DNA from: an uncultured delta proteobacterium
Lineage (GTDB): Bacteria > Desulfobacterota > RBG-13-43-22
NCBI GenBank assembly: GCA_963743305.1
Contig: CAVUPH010000014.1
Coordinates: 1-64,000 of the forward strand
DNA length: 64,000 nucleotides
Reading direction: 5' to 3'
The notes beneath the pieces are model-generated. The model worked only from the letters and a program-made list of their open reading frames with translations. It had not been told where the DNA came from and ran no database searches. Of the stretch, positions 19,842-31,517 are shown piece by piece. Positions within the stretch are counted from its first letter, which is position 1, and each line of letters starts with the position of its first letter. The position numbers were made by a program, and so were the translations under genes.

Positions 19842-22838
19842 TTACAAGACTTCCTCTTCCTCGCCGCCATCCTCCCAGACGGCCCGGCCGTCAAATCCCA
19901 GTTTTTCGCGGATCCTCCGGCGGACAGGTTTGACCGGCGCCCCGGTCAGCAAGGCCTGGGGAAGCTGCCCGAAGACCAAAGACAAGGGCAATATCTTCTT
20001 GGAGGAAACCCCTTGAGGCTCCCATTCTTCCCCGGTCAGGACGTTCCGCCAGCGTCTCGGTCCGCCCTTCGGGAGAACCAGCGCATTCCCTCCCCAGCAG
20101 GGCTCCCCCAGGGGCAGCCGATCCGGTCCCGAAATTTCCGAAAAAAAACGGCCGGCCACCGTTATGGTCCAGTCATCTCCCAGAACCCTGGCGAAAGCCG
20201 CCACCCGGTCCCGGTGAACCCCCTGCACGGCCAGCGGCAGGTAAGCTCCCGACTGAAAAAGTTTGGCTTGCGCCCGGCGAAAGCGGAGGGTTTTGGCGGT
20301 AATAAACATTTTGATCAACCCGTCTTTCCATTGGTGAAGCAGTTTGCCGGCCAATTTCGGTTCACCCCGGGAATCCCGCGCCAGCAGTCGACGAAGGGCG
20401 GACCGCCGCAGCTTAAAATCCACCGGCCGCCGGTTATCGGGGTCCACCAGACTGAAGTCCCAGAGTTCCGTCCCCTGGTAAAAATCGGGGACTCCCGGAG
20501 AGGTAGTTTTGAGCAGCACCTGGGAGAGGGAATTCAGGGCGCCCCAGAAGGCCAGACGCGATTGAAATTGGAGAAAATCATCCAGAAAGGGAGAGTCCCT
20601 GGTATCATCCAGGATGGCACCTAAAAAAGACACCAGCGCCTGTTCATATTCCGGATGGGGGGCTATCCAGCGGGTATGGACCTTGGCCTCCCGGACGGCC
20701 TTCACCAGGTAGGTCTCCAGACGGGTTCGACATTCCGGGACCTCCCCGGGAAGCAGGGGCCAGACCCCCAGCAGGGTCTGGTAGAGGAAAATCTCTTCAT
20801 TGGGTCCGGGGACCGGCAGACCCCGGATCACCGTCTTGTTTCCGGCATTCCACTCGGTCCACTGATTCAGACGCCTTTCCCATTCCTCGGGGATTTCCGA
20901 AAGCACATGAATCCGCGCCCGGACGTCTTCACTTCGTTTGGTATCATGGGTGGACGTGGCATTCAAGGTTAAAGGACAGGACTGCTGCCGCTCCCGGTTG
21001 AAACGATGGAAATCATCCAGCCTCTCCGCCTGCAGCCTTCCTCCCACTTCGTTCAGTGAAATCAAAGGATTATAGACATACAGCGCGGTATCCTCCAGCC
21101 CTTTGGCCATGATCGGCCCGGTGAACTGCTGCCAGCGCATCAGGAAGGAAAGCCAGGTTTGCCGGCGTACCTCCCCGGCCCGATCCGGGTTGTCCAGCGA
21201 CATAATCCTTTCCAAGAAATCCAGGCATCTCGGATCCAGGTCCGGGAGACGGCGGACCCTTTTAAGCAATTCGGTCAGGATCTGCTGGTCGGAGGGGGAA
21301 ATCTGAAAGTCCCGAAGGTAGGTCCGATAGACCGGGAGGCGGGCGACGCACTCCTCCAGGACTCTCAACAGAGCTTTCCGTGAAATGTCCCGGGCCTGCC
21401 GGTCCCCGTCAGCCAGCCGGACCAGCCGGTTGGTCAAGGATTCCACCTCCCCGCCGAACAGGGAGCGCAGGATCAGTTTTTTCTTTTCGGCCACGATTTC
21501 CTGAAAATCCCGCCGCTCTCCGCTAAAACGGCGGTAAATCGATTTCAACTTGGCGAAGCCTTCCGGGTGGACCAAAAAGCCATTCAGTTTCCCCAGAAAA
21601 TCATACCCGGAGGTCCCCGCCACCGGCCAGGTCCCGGGCACCCGTTCTTCCCCCATCAGGATTTTTTCCACCAGGAGATAAAAGTCTTTTGATCCCTCCT
21701 CCTTTCCGGACAGTTGGCGGATTCGCTGCTGCAAGCGCTGCAGATAGCCCTCGGGATCGTGCAACCCGTCGATGTGATCGATGCGCAGACCCGAGATCTT
21801 CCCTCTCTCGATCAGGGGCCAGAGCCCGGCATGGGCCGCCTCGAAGACCGCCGGGTCTTCCACCCGGATTCCGATGAGGTCATTGATGCTGAAAAATCGC
21901 CGGTAATTGATCATCTCCAGGGCCACCCGCCAGCAGGCCAGCCGGTACGGCTGTTCCCGCAGGAGGGCGTCGAGGAGGTCGAAGCTTTGAGGGTCTCCCG
22001 GAATTCCGTTAAACTGACGGAGGTTCTCTTCCAGAAACTTCCGGATTTCCGGAAAATCCTGCACCAGGTTCCACAGGCCCTTCTTAAGACCTTGGATCTG
22101 ATGTTGGCGGGCCCGCAGTTTATTCCCTCGGGAAGATTGATAACCGGGCAGTTCCAAAAGCAGGGCGATCAAACCCCTGAGACCCAAAACGGCGGGATGA
22201 CTTTCCCCGGTTTTATTCTCCAGATCCGACAGCCGGTGGGTCAAGACCTGCAGCCAGGATCGGGGTTCCACCGGAAACTGGTGTTCGAAATATCGGACAA
22301 AAAAACCCCTGGGATCCAGGTCCAAAGAAATCTCCTGATCTTCCAGGACCTGCCCGTAAGGGGCCCCCAGCAACGGGATCAGCACTTTCCCTTCCATCAG
22401 CCCCTGGGGGGGATGCCAATCAATGTCAAAAAAACCCGCATACGGCGATCCCGGACCGCTTTCCAGGACATTCCACCACCAGGGGTTATCCTGGCTTAGT
22501 GCCAGATGATTAGGGACGATATCGAGGAGCAGCCCCATCCCCCTGGAACCCAGGGCCTTGGTCAGGGCCTCGAAAGACCGCCGCCCCCCGAGTTCCGGAT
22601 TAAGCTTCTGAGGGTTGGTCACCGAGTAACCGTGCTGACTACCCTTGCGCGTTTTAAACAGAGGCGAGGCGTACAGGTCGGAAATGCCCAGGGCCTCCAG
22701 ATAGGGCACCAGGTCCCGGGCCTCCGCCAGGGTCCAGCCCGGATGGAGCTGGACCCGGTAGGTGGCCGAGGGGACACTATTCAGGTTGGAAGGCTTTTTC
22801 AGGGGGCCATTCATTTGGTTAGTCTTCCTCATCTTCAA
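19842..22838 (-). CDS. treY: Malto-oligosyltrehalose synthase
   Basis: PSATYRVQ, LLDIVPNH, INYRRFF, GLRIDHIDGL, STHDTKRSED, SLVDPDNRRPVD. Confidence 0.95.
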   Translation of the reverse strand: MKMRKTNQMNGPLKKPSNLNSVPSATYRVQLHPGWTLAEARDLVPYLEALGISDLYASPLFKTRKGSQHGYSVTNPQKLNPELGGRRSFEALTKALGSRGMGLLLDIVPNHLALSQDNPWWWNVLESGPGSPYAGFFDIDWHPPQGLMEGKVLIPLLGAPYGQVLEDQEISLDLDPRGFFVRYFEHQFPVEPRSWLQVLTHRLSDLENKTGESHPAVLGLRGLIALLLELPGYQSSRGNKLRARQHQIQGLKKGLWNLVQDFPEIRKFLEENLRQFNGIPGDPQSFDLLDALLREQPYRLACWRVALEMINYRRFFSINDLIGIRVEDPAVFEAAHAGLWPLIERGKISGLRIDHIDGLHDPEGYLQRLQQRIRQLSGKEEGSKDFYLLVEKILMGEERVPGTWPVAGTSGYDFLGKLNGFLVHPEGFAKLKSIYRRFSGERRDFQEIVAEKKKLILRSLFGGEVESLTNRLVRLADGDRQARDISRKALLRVLEECVARLPVYRTYLRDFQISPSDQQILTELLKRVRRLPDLDPRCLDFLERIMSLDNPDRAGEVRRQTWLSFLMRWQQFTGPIMAKGLEDTALYVYNPLISLNEVGGRLQAERLDDFHRFNRERQQSCPLTLNATSTHDTKRSEDVRARIHVLSEIPEEWERRLNQWTEWNAGNKTVIRGLPVPGPNEEIFLYQTLLGVWPLLPGEVPECRTRLETYLVKAVREAKVHTRWIAPHPEYEQALVSFLGAILDDTRDSPFLDDFLQFQSRLAFWGALNSLSQVLLKTTSPGVPDFYQGTELWDFSLVDPDNRRPVDFKLRRSALRRLLARDSRGEPKLAGKLLHQWKDGLIKMFITAKTLRFRRAQAKLFQSGAYLPLAVQGVHRDRVAAFARVLGDDWTITVAGRFFSEISGPDRLPLGEPCWGGNALVLPKGGPRRWRNVLTGEEWEPQGVSSKKILPLSLVFGQLPQALLTGAPVKPVRRRIREKLGFDGRAVWEDGGEEEEVL

Positions 22839-23002
22839 AATAGATCAGGCGGCTCAGTCGATCCCCCCAGAGCCGGTTTCCCACTTGATCCTGGTTCCGA
22901 GAGAGAACGAGCAGCCGTCGGGGAGGAAATTCCCGGGTTGAGGACCCGTGGCGGTGTTTTAGGCAGATCGAATACCGGCTGAGTCGAAGGTTCAAAATTC
23001 AC

Positions 23003-23104
23003 CCACTCCCCATCCCCCTACCGTCAAGGGAGGGGGGGCTGGTCAATTTGATTTCGGACTCTTGTGTTTGTTTCGGATTTTGTGCTTCGAATTTCGAATT
23101 TTCG
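23003..23104. repeat. BoxC/REP-like hairpin plus short heptamer repeat tract
   Basis: ccactccccatcccccta...gggagggggg, followed by tttcgga/ttcgaat repeats. Confidence 0.45.
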
Positions 23105-23111
23105 TAAATTC

Positions 23112-25061
23112 TTATTCATTGGGTTTAAAAACACAGAGCGCCAGGGGTGGGAGCGTCAGATTCAGGGAATAGGGCCGTCCATGGAAAGGAATCGGGGCCG
23201 CCCCCATCCCGCCCATATTTCCCTGCCCGCTGCCGCCGAACTCCTTGGCGTCCCCGTTCAGGAGCTCCCGCCAATATCCCCCCCGGGGGACCCCGACCCG
23301 GTAATTATACCGGGGGACCGGGGTGAAGTTGGCGGCCACCAGGACCACCTGACGGCCCTCCTCATCCCGGCGTAGAAACGTCAAGGCGCTGTTGTCCGAG
23401 TCGTTGCAGTCGACCCACTCAAAACCCTTATAGGAAAATTCCTGACTGTGCAGGGCCGGCTCCTCCCGATACACCCGGTTCAAGGATTTCACCCATTGTT
23501 GCAGACCGGCATGGAGCGGATACTCCAGAAGGCTCCAGTCCAGGCTCTCGTCGTGATTCCATTCCCGCCACTGGCCGAATTCGATACCCATAAAGAGCAG
23601 TTTCTTTCCCGGCTGGGTGAACTGATAGCCCAGTAGCAGCCGCAGGTTGGCGAACTTCTGCCAGTCATCTCCGGGCATCTTCCCCAGCAGGGAGCCCTTG
23701 CCGTGGACCACTTCGTCGTGCGATAAGGGAAGCATGAAATTTTCATTGAAGGCGTAGAGCAGCCGGAACGTCAATTGATTATGATGATACTTCCGGAAAT
23801 AGGGGTCCCGGGCCATGTACTGCAGGGTATCGTGCATCCAGCCCATGTCCCACTTGAACCCGAACCCCAGACCACCCACATAGGTCGGCCGGGAGACCAT
23901 GGGCCAATCCGTGGATTCCTCGGCAATCGTCTGGACCCCGGGAAATTCCTTATAGATGAATTCATTGAATTGCCGGAGAAAAGCAATGGCCTGCAGATTT
24001 TCCCGGCCCCCGAATTCATTGGGGATCCACTCCCCCTCCCTGCGGGAATAATCCAGGTAGAGCATGGAGGCCACCGCATCTACCCGGATTCCGTCGGCGT
24101 GGAAGACATCCAGCCAGAACATGGCGCTGCTCATCAGAAAACTGCGAACCTCGTGCCGGCCGTAATTGAAGATGAAGCTGTCCCAGTCGGGGTGATGCCC
24201 CTGCCGCCGGTCGGCATGTTCGAAGAGGTGGGTCCCGTCGAAATAAGCCAGTCCGTACTCGTCGGTGGGAAAGTGGGAGGGGACCCAGTCCAGAATGACG
24301 CCGATCCCGTTTTGATGGAGATAGTCAATCAGATACATCAGGTCCTGGGGACTGCCGAAGCGGCTGGTCGGCGCGAAATATCCGGTGCACTGATACCCCC
24401 AGGACCCGTAGAAGGGGTGCTCCATGACCGGCATAAATTCCACGTGGGTAAATCCCAGGTCCTTCAGATATTCGGCCAACTGGGGAGCGAGTTCCCGATA
24501 GTTTAAGAAACGATGGCCTTCCTCGGGAACCCTTTTCCATGAACCCAGGTGAACCTCATACACGGAAATCGGTTGTGAGAGAGAATTCAGCCGCTTCCTG
24601 CCTTCCAGCCACTCCCGGTCTCCCCAGTCATACCACAGGTCCCAGACGACGGAGCCGGTTTTGGGAGGGATTTCGCTGTGAAAGGCAAAGGGGTCGGCCT
24701 TATCCACCCGGTAATTCTGTCCCCGGGAATCAATGCGGAATTTGTAAAAATCGCCGTTTTTCACATCCGGGAGAAATCCCTCCCAGATGCCGGAAACCCC
24801 ATGGGGGTGAAGATCCTGGGGGATTTCCCCCCAACGGTTGAAATCGCCGATGACCTGCACCCGTTCGGCATTCGGGGCCCAGACGGCAAAATAGGTTCCC
24901 CTGGTTTCCCCGAGGGTCATGGAATGGGCACCCAAATGTTCATAGAGGCGGTAATGATTTCCCTCGTTGAACAGAAATACGTCTTCTTCCTTCAGGAGAC
25001 TGGCCTGATACTCAACCGGGGCCTTTGTTTCGTGGGATGATTTGGTGATCTCCTTGGACAT
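23112..25061 (-). CDS. glgB: 1,4-alpha-glucan branching enzyme (short form)
   Basis: [46 protein letters not shown]. Confidence 0.96.
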   Translation of the reverse strand: MSKEITKSSHETKAPVEYQASLLKEEDVFLFNEGNHYRLYEHLGAHSMTLGETRGTYFAVWAPNAERVQVIGDFNRWGEIPQDLHPHGVSGIWEGFLPDVKNGDFYKFRIDSRGQNYRVDKADPFAFHSEIPPKTGSVVWDLWYDWGDREWLEGRKRLNSLSQPISVYEVHLGSWKRVPEEGHRFLNYRELAPQLAEYLKDLGFTHVEFMPVMEHPFYGSWGYQCTGYFAPTSRFGSPQDLMYLIDYLHQNGIGVILDWVPSHFPTDEYGLAYFDGTHLFEHADRRQGHHPDWDSFIFNYGRHEVRSFLMSSAMFWLDVFHADGIRVDAVASMLYLDYSRREGEWIPNEFGGRENLQAIAFLRQFNEFIYKEFPGVQTIAEESTDWPMVSRPTYVGGLGFGFKWDMGWMHDTLQYMARDPYFRKYHHNQLTFRLLYAFNENFMLPLSHDEVVHGKGSLLGKMPGDDWQKFANLRLLLGYQFTQPGKKLLFMGIEFGQWREWNHDESLDWSLLEYPLHAGLQQWVKSLNRVYREEPALHSQEFSYKGFEWVDCNDSDNSALTFLRRDEEGRQVVLVAANFTPVPRYNYRVGVPRGGYWRELLNGDAKEFGGSGQGNMGGMGAAPIPFHGRPYSLNLTLPPLALCVFKPNE

Positions 25062-25377
25062 GACAGTTGGCTCCTATCGGTATTATGTTAATGTAATATA
25101 TTACGTCTGTTAAAGATTTATTTTACTTGTCATCCCAGCCTCGGTAAGCCTTCTCCGACGGGTAGTCAGCCGGAGGTAACCGGGACCTTTACAACCTAAA
25201 CGGCGTTAGACATACGGGTTAACCGTTAAGAAAGGGCCCCCCCATTCTCATCATGGTCTAAATTGAAGTGCTATACCCAAAAGGGCGTCAATAATTAGGG
25301 GCCCGATCGTGAAATATTCTACCACAATTGTCGGATTTGATGTAGACAACCTTTCATGGCGAAAGATTCCTTTCGGG

Positions 25378-25406
25378 TTGACAAAATCAGAAAAATACGA
25401 TATAAA
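25378..25406 (+). promoter_or_regulatory. Sigma70-type promoter
   Basis: TTGACA-N17-TATAAA; predicted TSS coincides with GTG 25413. Confidence 0.7.
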
Positions 25407-25412
25407 AAAAGT

Positions 25413-25724
25413 GTGAAAAGATTTATCATTCCCAAAACAATTCTTTTGGCCGTGCTGGTCCTTTTTCTGGCCGAATACCTGAACCCTTCGGCAATCGGTG
25501 TGCGTGCCGATTATAAACCGGCGCCGACCGGTTCGTCCCATTCGGCTAACCCGGCCCCTTCCAGTAGCGAAGGGCCTTCGACCACCCCTCATTTCATGAT
25601 CAAAGCTGAAGCCTATCGGCCCGACGATGATTTTCCGAGCCAGGTCCTTTTTTCATCGGCCTTATCTATCACCGAACAAACCAACCAGAAAGAAATTTTT
25701 CATCCACCGGCCTTTACCCTTTAG
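25413..25724 (+). CDS. Small exported protein ending in IFHPP (candidate regulatory leader)
   Basis: N-terminal signal-like segment, S/P-rich linker, FHPP four residues before the stop. Confidence 0.55.
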   Translation: MKRFIIPKTILLAVLVLFLAEYLNPSAIGVRADYKPAPTGSSHSANPAPSSSEGPSTTPHFMIKAEAYRPDDDFPSQVLFSSALSITEQTNQKEIFHPPAFTL

Positions 25725-25846
25725 CGTTTTCCTCCCTGTTCCCTGTTGAAGAGTCCGACTTCTGTCGGGCCTCTTCGCTGACTTTCTTATCCAACACTGC
25801 TGACGACTTTCTAACGAACATCCATCGTTCCAGGAGGGGTAGGCTT

Positions 25847-26080
25847 ATGAAACCATTTTCTTTGGCGGCCTTGTGCATTGGTACCTTGGTCCTGGGGGTA
25901 GCCCTGGTCTTGCTGGCCATGGTTTTACTGAAAATCATCCCCCAGGGGCTGGTCGTTTTGATTTTCGCGGTCCTGGGTCTGGTTATCGTCAAGTTGTTAA
26001 TTGGAATCCTGAGCCGTGGTCTGGCGGTCCATCCCGCGTCCGTCAACTCTCAATCTAGTCGAGAACAACCCGAGAAGTAG
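25847..26080 (+). CDS. Small two-TM hypothetical protein
   Basis: AGGAGG upstream; two hydrophobic helices. Confidence 0.55.
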   Translation: MKPFSLAALCIGTLVLGVALVLLAMVLLKIIPQGLVVLIFAVLGLVIVKLLIGILSRGLAVHPASVNSQSSREQPEK

Positions 26081-26103
26081 GTAAGCCGCCCAAGGCCTTC
26101 GGG

Positions 26104-26334
26104 GTGGTTTGGATTCAAGGGGGACAGGTCCAAAATCTAAAAAAGGTCGTGGCCGAGAAGGGTATCCCGGCAACAACTTTCCAGCTTATCTCGGATGACC
26201 TGCGAGGGGCCTACGAACGCAGCGGGAGTGCTTCCCGGTACTCCACCAACCTGGCCGGGAAGAATGTGGTGGTAACCCCCTCCGAGCCCTTGGCCCGCGA
26301 GGTCCAGCAGATCATTCAGGGACTGGGTGCCTGA
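26104..26334 (+). pseudogene. Probable C-terminal gene remnant followed by a hairpin (~26349-26406)
   Basis: Protein-like composition, no RBS or clear start, GC-rich stem downstream. Confidence 0.3.
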
Positions 26335-26576
26335 GAAACCGATAGGTCGCCGAGGCGCGGAGAAAGCGAGGGCAGCCGCATTCGCGCTGCCCTCCGCGCC
26401 TCGACGGTGTCCTTTTATTGATCAGGTCTTTCTGAACGGATAGGGTCCCCCCCGCATTTCCCTAGTGACGGATTCTAACATCGCCCCTGCCTGAACCTAT
26501 CCAGTTATTATCCTGTTGACCCGAGAAAGAAATAATAATAACCTTTTTGTCGTTTTTTTATGGATATTTAAACCAC

Positions 26577-28130
26577 ATGCGCGATAACAGGAAGACCAAG
26601 CAGCAACTGATCCTAGAGTTGGAAGCTCTTCACCGAAGGATTGCCGAATTGGAAAAATCAGAAACCGAGCATAAGCGGACTGAGGAGGCGCTGCGGGAGA
26701 GTGAGGAGAAGTTCTCTAAGATTTTTAGAACCAGCCCCGATGCGGTAGCTATCGCTCGGACATCCGATGGGGTCTATATTGACGTCAACGAAGGATACAC
26801 CAAGATATCCGGGTATTCCAGGGAAGAGCTTCTCAGTCGATCTCCCCTCCCTGGCGACCTGAACCTTTGGGTCCGTAAGGAAGACCGTGCCCCTTTTGCT
26901 GCCACCTTAAAGGAGACCGGTGAGGCCCTTGGACTTGAGGTTCAATTCCGACGCAAAGATGGGTCAATACGTACCGGCTTGTTGTCCGCAGGCGTACTGG
27001 ATATTAAAGGCGAATCTTGTCATGTCGCAATTATATCGGACATCACCGAACGCAAAAAAGCAGAGGAGGACTTGCAACACCAGCGTTGGCGACTGGCCAG
27101 CATCATAGAGGGCACCCGTGTCGGGACATGGGAATGGAACGTCCAGACCGGGGAAACCGTATTCAATGAAAGGTGGGCCCAAATCCTCGGCTACTCCCTT
27201 GAGGAATTGCTGCCCATTAGCATCCAGACCTGGGAAAGGCTTGCCCATCCCGATGACCTCAAACAATCCTATGATCTCCTGCGGCGCCATTTTGCGGGCG
27301 AACTGCCCTATTACGATTTCGAATGCCGGATGCGGCACAAAGAAGGGCATTGGATCTGGGTTCAAGACCGTGGCCGGGTCATGACCCGCACCTCCGAAGG
27401 GGACCCGCTATTGATGTCTGGGACTCATACCGACATTACCGAGCAAAAAGAGGCCGAGGAGGCCCTAATAAAATCAGAGGAAAGGCTGCGTGCCCTTTCC
27501 ACCCGTATCCAATCGGTACGCGAAGAGGAGCGGATAAACATCGCCCGGTAAATTCATGATGACCTGGGTCAACAGTTGACCGGCCTCAAGCTGGACCTGG
27601 GTTGGCTCCTCCTGCACTTTAAACCTGACCAGTCAGGACTGAAAGAGAAGGCTAAAGCCATGGGCCAATTAATCGACCAGACCGTTCAGACCATCCGGCG
27701 GATTTCCACCGAACTGCGGCCCCGGATTCTGGACGATTTCGGCCTGATTGCCGCCCTGGAATGGCAGGCCCGGGAGTTTACCAATCGAACCGGGATCCAT
27801 TGCAATTTTCGATCGACGGCTCGGAAACCTGAACTGAAACCCGACCTCTCTATAGCCGTTTTCCGGATATTTCAGGAAGCCCTGACCAACATAACCCGCC
27901 ATGCTTTGGCGACCAAGGTCGAGGCCTCTTTCAAGCAAAACGCTAAGGGCTTGATCCTGAGGATCCAAGACAACGGCCGGGGGATTACCGAGGAGGAAAT
28001 CGCCCTAACCCCTTCACTCGGCCTTGTGGGCATGCGGGAGAGGGCCCTGGTCTTCGGAGGCACGGTGGCGATCAAAGGAAAAAAAGGAAAGGGGACACGG
28101 GTAATCCTAACGGTACCCACCGCCCACTAG
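26577..28130 (+). pseudogene. PAS-PAS HisKA_3 sensor kinase with in-frame TAA at 27549
   Basis: EERINIAR*IHDDLGQQLTGLK (E to stop); RIFQEALTNITRHA; DNGRG; GLVGMRERA. Confidence 0.85.
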
Positions 28131-28585
28131 GACCCGGGAAGGTCATTATCGGAGCAGGTATCTTTTCTTACCGACTCTTTGCAGATGAAGGGACCGATTC
28201 GGATCCCAAAAGCCAAACTTCGAGGACAACTTACGGCCAGCTTAGTCGAAAAATAAATTTATCCAACAGGTTTAGAAGTGCTTCCTGTACTTTTCAAAAG
28301 CCAATCTTCCGAATTCTGCCAGAGTTCAATTGATAATCAATTAGGGGTCCCTCTGACCGCTCGCCCTTCCCATGGACAAAACTTCTTGTTTACTTTTTCC
28401 AAATTATGTCGTTAATTAGGCTAGTTCGCCCAGGAATAAAGATCTCTAGTCCTCCTGGTTGGTGACCAACACCTGATAGAGGGTATGCATCCGGAGAAGA
28501 ATATGGCCACCAACTTTCTCAGAAGAGAGATGTCGTTTCAAATTTGCTTGGTTTTAACCAATGAATTTTAGGTTAGGAGTCAGCG

Positions 28586-30325
28586 ATGAAGAAAAAGATC
28601 CATTTCCGTATTGGGTTATTGACCTCGGTTTGCCTGTTTTTATTTTGGACCTCCCCGGCCTATTGTAAACTTTATCCCCCCTGTCAGAATATTACTTTTA
28701 TTCAGGATGCTGTTAATTCAATACGGTACTCGGTTACGGATCCGATCAGTGGGAATATCGTGGAGGATACATGGTCGCTGACCAAGGGAGATGAGCACAT
28801 AATAGAATCTGCTCAGAAGGATCAAGGCATCATAACCTGGATAGCGAAATATAAAAATTCTACCGAAACGGATTATACTTTCGAGGTTCATTATTGTATC
28901 TATGATCCCGGTAGGGGAATATGGAAAGAGGGGTCATGGGGTCCATTTAACGGCTATAGAACTTCACTGGAACAACATCAAGTTAAAGATGGAGTCGTGG
29001 CTTGGATTGCCCATCGGTCAGAAGATTACGGTCCTACCAGTAAATTGGAGCATGAAATCATATATACCACATATGATCCAGAATTAGGATCTTGGCCAAA
29101 TGATAGCTATAGCAAGAAGGTTGCCTACAATTCCCAAAAAGCCCCTGAGATTTTGAGAGTTAAAAATGGAGTAGTGGCCTGCCCCTGGAAAAATGATTCA
29201 GGCAATCTAGGTCAGGGAAATAAGGAAGTTGTTTGTTGTATATATCACTATGGCGCTCTGAGTAATCCTAGTTATTGGTCAAGAAAAGTTCAAATTTTCG
29301 GTTGTGATCTCGATTGGCTCCAGATACCGGCGGACCTGACTAGAGTCGAAGGACAGGAATCTTGTCAGCAACAAGGTGGTAGGAAGTATAATTTCACCTT
29401 GGCATATGATGTATTAACTACTTGGAGTTTCGGGGATACACCCCCTGTACGCACTCCCCGTTTCGTCGTTTACCCAAGGTCCGGGGTGACCCCGTTTCGG
29501 CCTTGGTTTTGGGATTGCTCTTATAACCTGGATGGGGCCTATTTCCCCTCGACTTGGAGTTGGACTGTCGGCCCTGGGCAAACTGAATTTGGGCGCAGTA
29601 CCTCTCATCTTTATACTTCACCAGGACAGTTTAAGGTATACGAAAGCGTAAATTATCTCGAAGGGGGTACATTTAATAATTATAATACCTCAGACCAAAT
29701 AACCGCCCTGCCCCCAGCACCTATTGGCGAAATTAGTATCAATAATGGCGCAGCCTACACCAATTCAACCAATGTTACCTTCAGCCTCAATTATGGGCCA
29801 AGCGCAAAAGAAATGTGCTTTAGGCAAATCCCCGGATGGATTTGGTGGCAAAATTGGCAACCGGTCGCCCCCAGTATTAACTGGATACTCTCACCCGTGC
29901 ATCTTTATGGCACTACATCAGATGGCCCTCAAACGGTCTTGGTAAAATTTAGAGATCAGTATGGTACTGAATCCCAAGCGTATCAGACTTCTATCATTTT
30001 AGATGCCACTCCACCAAAAGGGACTTTAATTCTGAATAACGGGGCACTGACAGCATATAATCCTCATATCCAGGTTAGTTGGTCCGCCAATGACTCATAT
30101 AGGCTGAATATGTCTTACACTTATTTCAATGAGGGCGATAGATATTATCACTGGATTTCAGGATTAGATTATCAACCAACCAATATGACTATCCCCTTCG
30201 ACTCTCAGCCTGGGGAGAAAACAGTCATAGTGCGCTTTGTGGATGAAGCAAGCAATATCTCCCAATACCAAATGGGGATAAAATTCATTCCGTCAATTTA
30301 TTTACCGTTGATAATCAAAAATTAA
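28586..30325 (+). CDS. Secreted beta-rich protein with PKD-like segment and C-terminal YLPLI motif
   Basis: Signal peptide; SHLYTSPGQFKV; INNGAAYTNSTNV; LDATPP; ends IYLPLIIKN; visibly more AT-rich than flanks. Confidence 0.8.
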   Translation: MKKKIHFRIGLLTSVCLFLFWTSPAYCKLYPPCQNITFIQDAVNSIRYSVTDPISGNIVEDTWSLTKGDEHIIESAQKDQGIITWIAKYKNSTETDYTFEVHYCIYDPGRGIWKEGSWGPFNGYRTSLEQHQVKDGVVAWIAHRSEDYGPTSKLEHEIIYTTYDPELGSWPNDSYSKKVAYNSQKAPEILRVKNGVVACPWKNDSGNLGQGNKEVVCCIYHYGALSNPSYWSRKVQIFGCDLDWLQIPADLTRVEGQESCQQQGGRKYNFTLAYDVLTTWSFGDTPPVRTPRFVVYPRSGVTPFRPWFWDCSYNLDGAYFPSTWSWTVGPGQTEFGRSTSHLYTSPGQFKVYESVNYLEGGTFNNYNTSDQITALPPAPIGEISINNGAAYTNSTNVTFSLNYGPSAKEMCFRQIPGWIWWQNWQPVAPSINWILSPVHLYGTTSDGPQTVLVKFRDQYGTESQAYQTSIILDATPPKGTLILNNGALTAYNPHIQVSWSANDSYRLNMSYTYFNEGDRYYHWISGLDYQPTNMTIPFDSQPGEKTVIVRFVDEASNISQYQMGIKFIPSIYLPLIIKN

Positions 30326-30442
30326 TACAATCGTCGGAAGAGTAGCTAGAACTAACTCTTTAGAATGCGGGGCAATTCATGCACATTTTTTGTGGAGGAT
30401 ATTTAAAGCAGTCGGGGGATCCGCGGCACAGCAGCCACCAAG

Positions 30443-31093
30443 ATGGCCACATTTACTGAGCCGAGCAGAGGGCCAACGGCTGGCACAATGCACACGTTGG
30501 ATGCGATATATGACCTAGTGGGGCGGCGGGCCCCGGTTGCCAGGACCGGGCAGACACCAACGGCACCTCCTGTTGCCACCTCCGGGTCCGACGGCGTCCT
30601 TAAAAAAGGCCTGGCGTAGCCCAGCCCTCGGTTTACGGATAACAAAAACGGGACAGTGACCGACAACCTGACCGGGCTGATCTGGTTGAAGAATGCCAAT
30701 TGGAAGGATACGGTGGGCGGAATCGATAAAAGTTCAGGGAAGCTTCCTTGGGCCGATGGGCTGACCTGGAGTAATAATTTGGCAGGCGGACGCTGCGATC
30801 TAATCGATGGTTCTACTGCGGGTCAATGGCGACTGCCCAATGTCGAGGTACTTCAGAGTCTGATCGATTATGCTTATGCCATTGCTTTATCAGATGCTGC
30901 TGGGACCAAGATGAGGTCGGAAGGGGACGCGTTTTCCGGCCTGCAGGTGGGCAACTATTGGTCATCTACCTCATATGCGGGCGCTCCAACAGACCTCGCC
31001 TGGTTCATATACTTCCCCACCGGCATCGTCAGCTACGAACTCGCCGCTAGAACTTTCATGTTCTATGTTTGGCCGGTCCGAGGTGGACAGTAG
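30443..31093 (+). pseudogene. DUF1566 (Lcl C-terminal) protein, 5'-truncated with in-frame TAG at 30617
   Basis: APVARTGQT...GLA*PSPRFTDNKNGTVTDNLTGLIW...WRLPNV..YWSST...VWPVRGG; the stop replaces the usual Trp. Confidence 0.8.
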
Positions 31094-31210
31094 AATGATT
31101 TGGTGGTTCGACTTTTTGGGCCCTTTGGGGGGGGGCAGGAGTCTCCCCTGTTTTTCGTGATATTTTGTAAGGGAGGATTTTAGATAAACTATACCAAACC
31201 GAAATCGATA

Positions 31211-31517
31211 TTGCGCGCAGCAGTGTTCGCGACCGTTTTTCTGGCTTTGTTGGGTATGTACCAGATAGGTTCAGCCGCCGGGATTGACTCTGCGGCCAAA
31301 TATGCCTGGAGTACGAATGCGGGCTGGATCAACTTTGCCCCAACCGGCGGGGGGGGTGACCATCGACCCGCAGACCGGAGCCTTTTCCGGCTACGCCTGG
31401 GGGGAGAATGTGGGCTGGATCAGCCTCAAGGGGGGCACCGAACCCGCGGCCTACGGGGTGGTTACCGATTTTCGTAATTTCCAAATCTATCTGCCCCTGG
31501 TCCTGAAGCCATCGTGA
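31211..31517 (+). CDS. Small secreted protein with YAWxxNxGWI repeats and C-terminal YLPLV motif (frameshift in G-run ~31350)
   Basis: KYAWSTNAGWINF and GYAWGENVGWISL in adjacent frames; ends IYLPLVLKPS. Confidence 0.7.

Noticed and set aside
30443-31093. DGR target or pyrrolysine read-through in DUF1566
   Set aside because: No reverse transcriptase or template repeat in the window; the TAG replaces a conserved Trp in a truncated gene.
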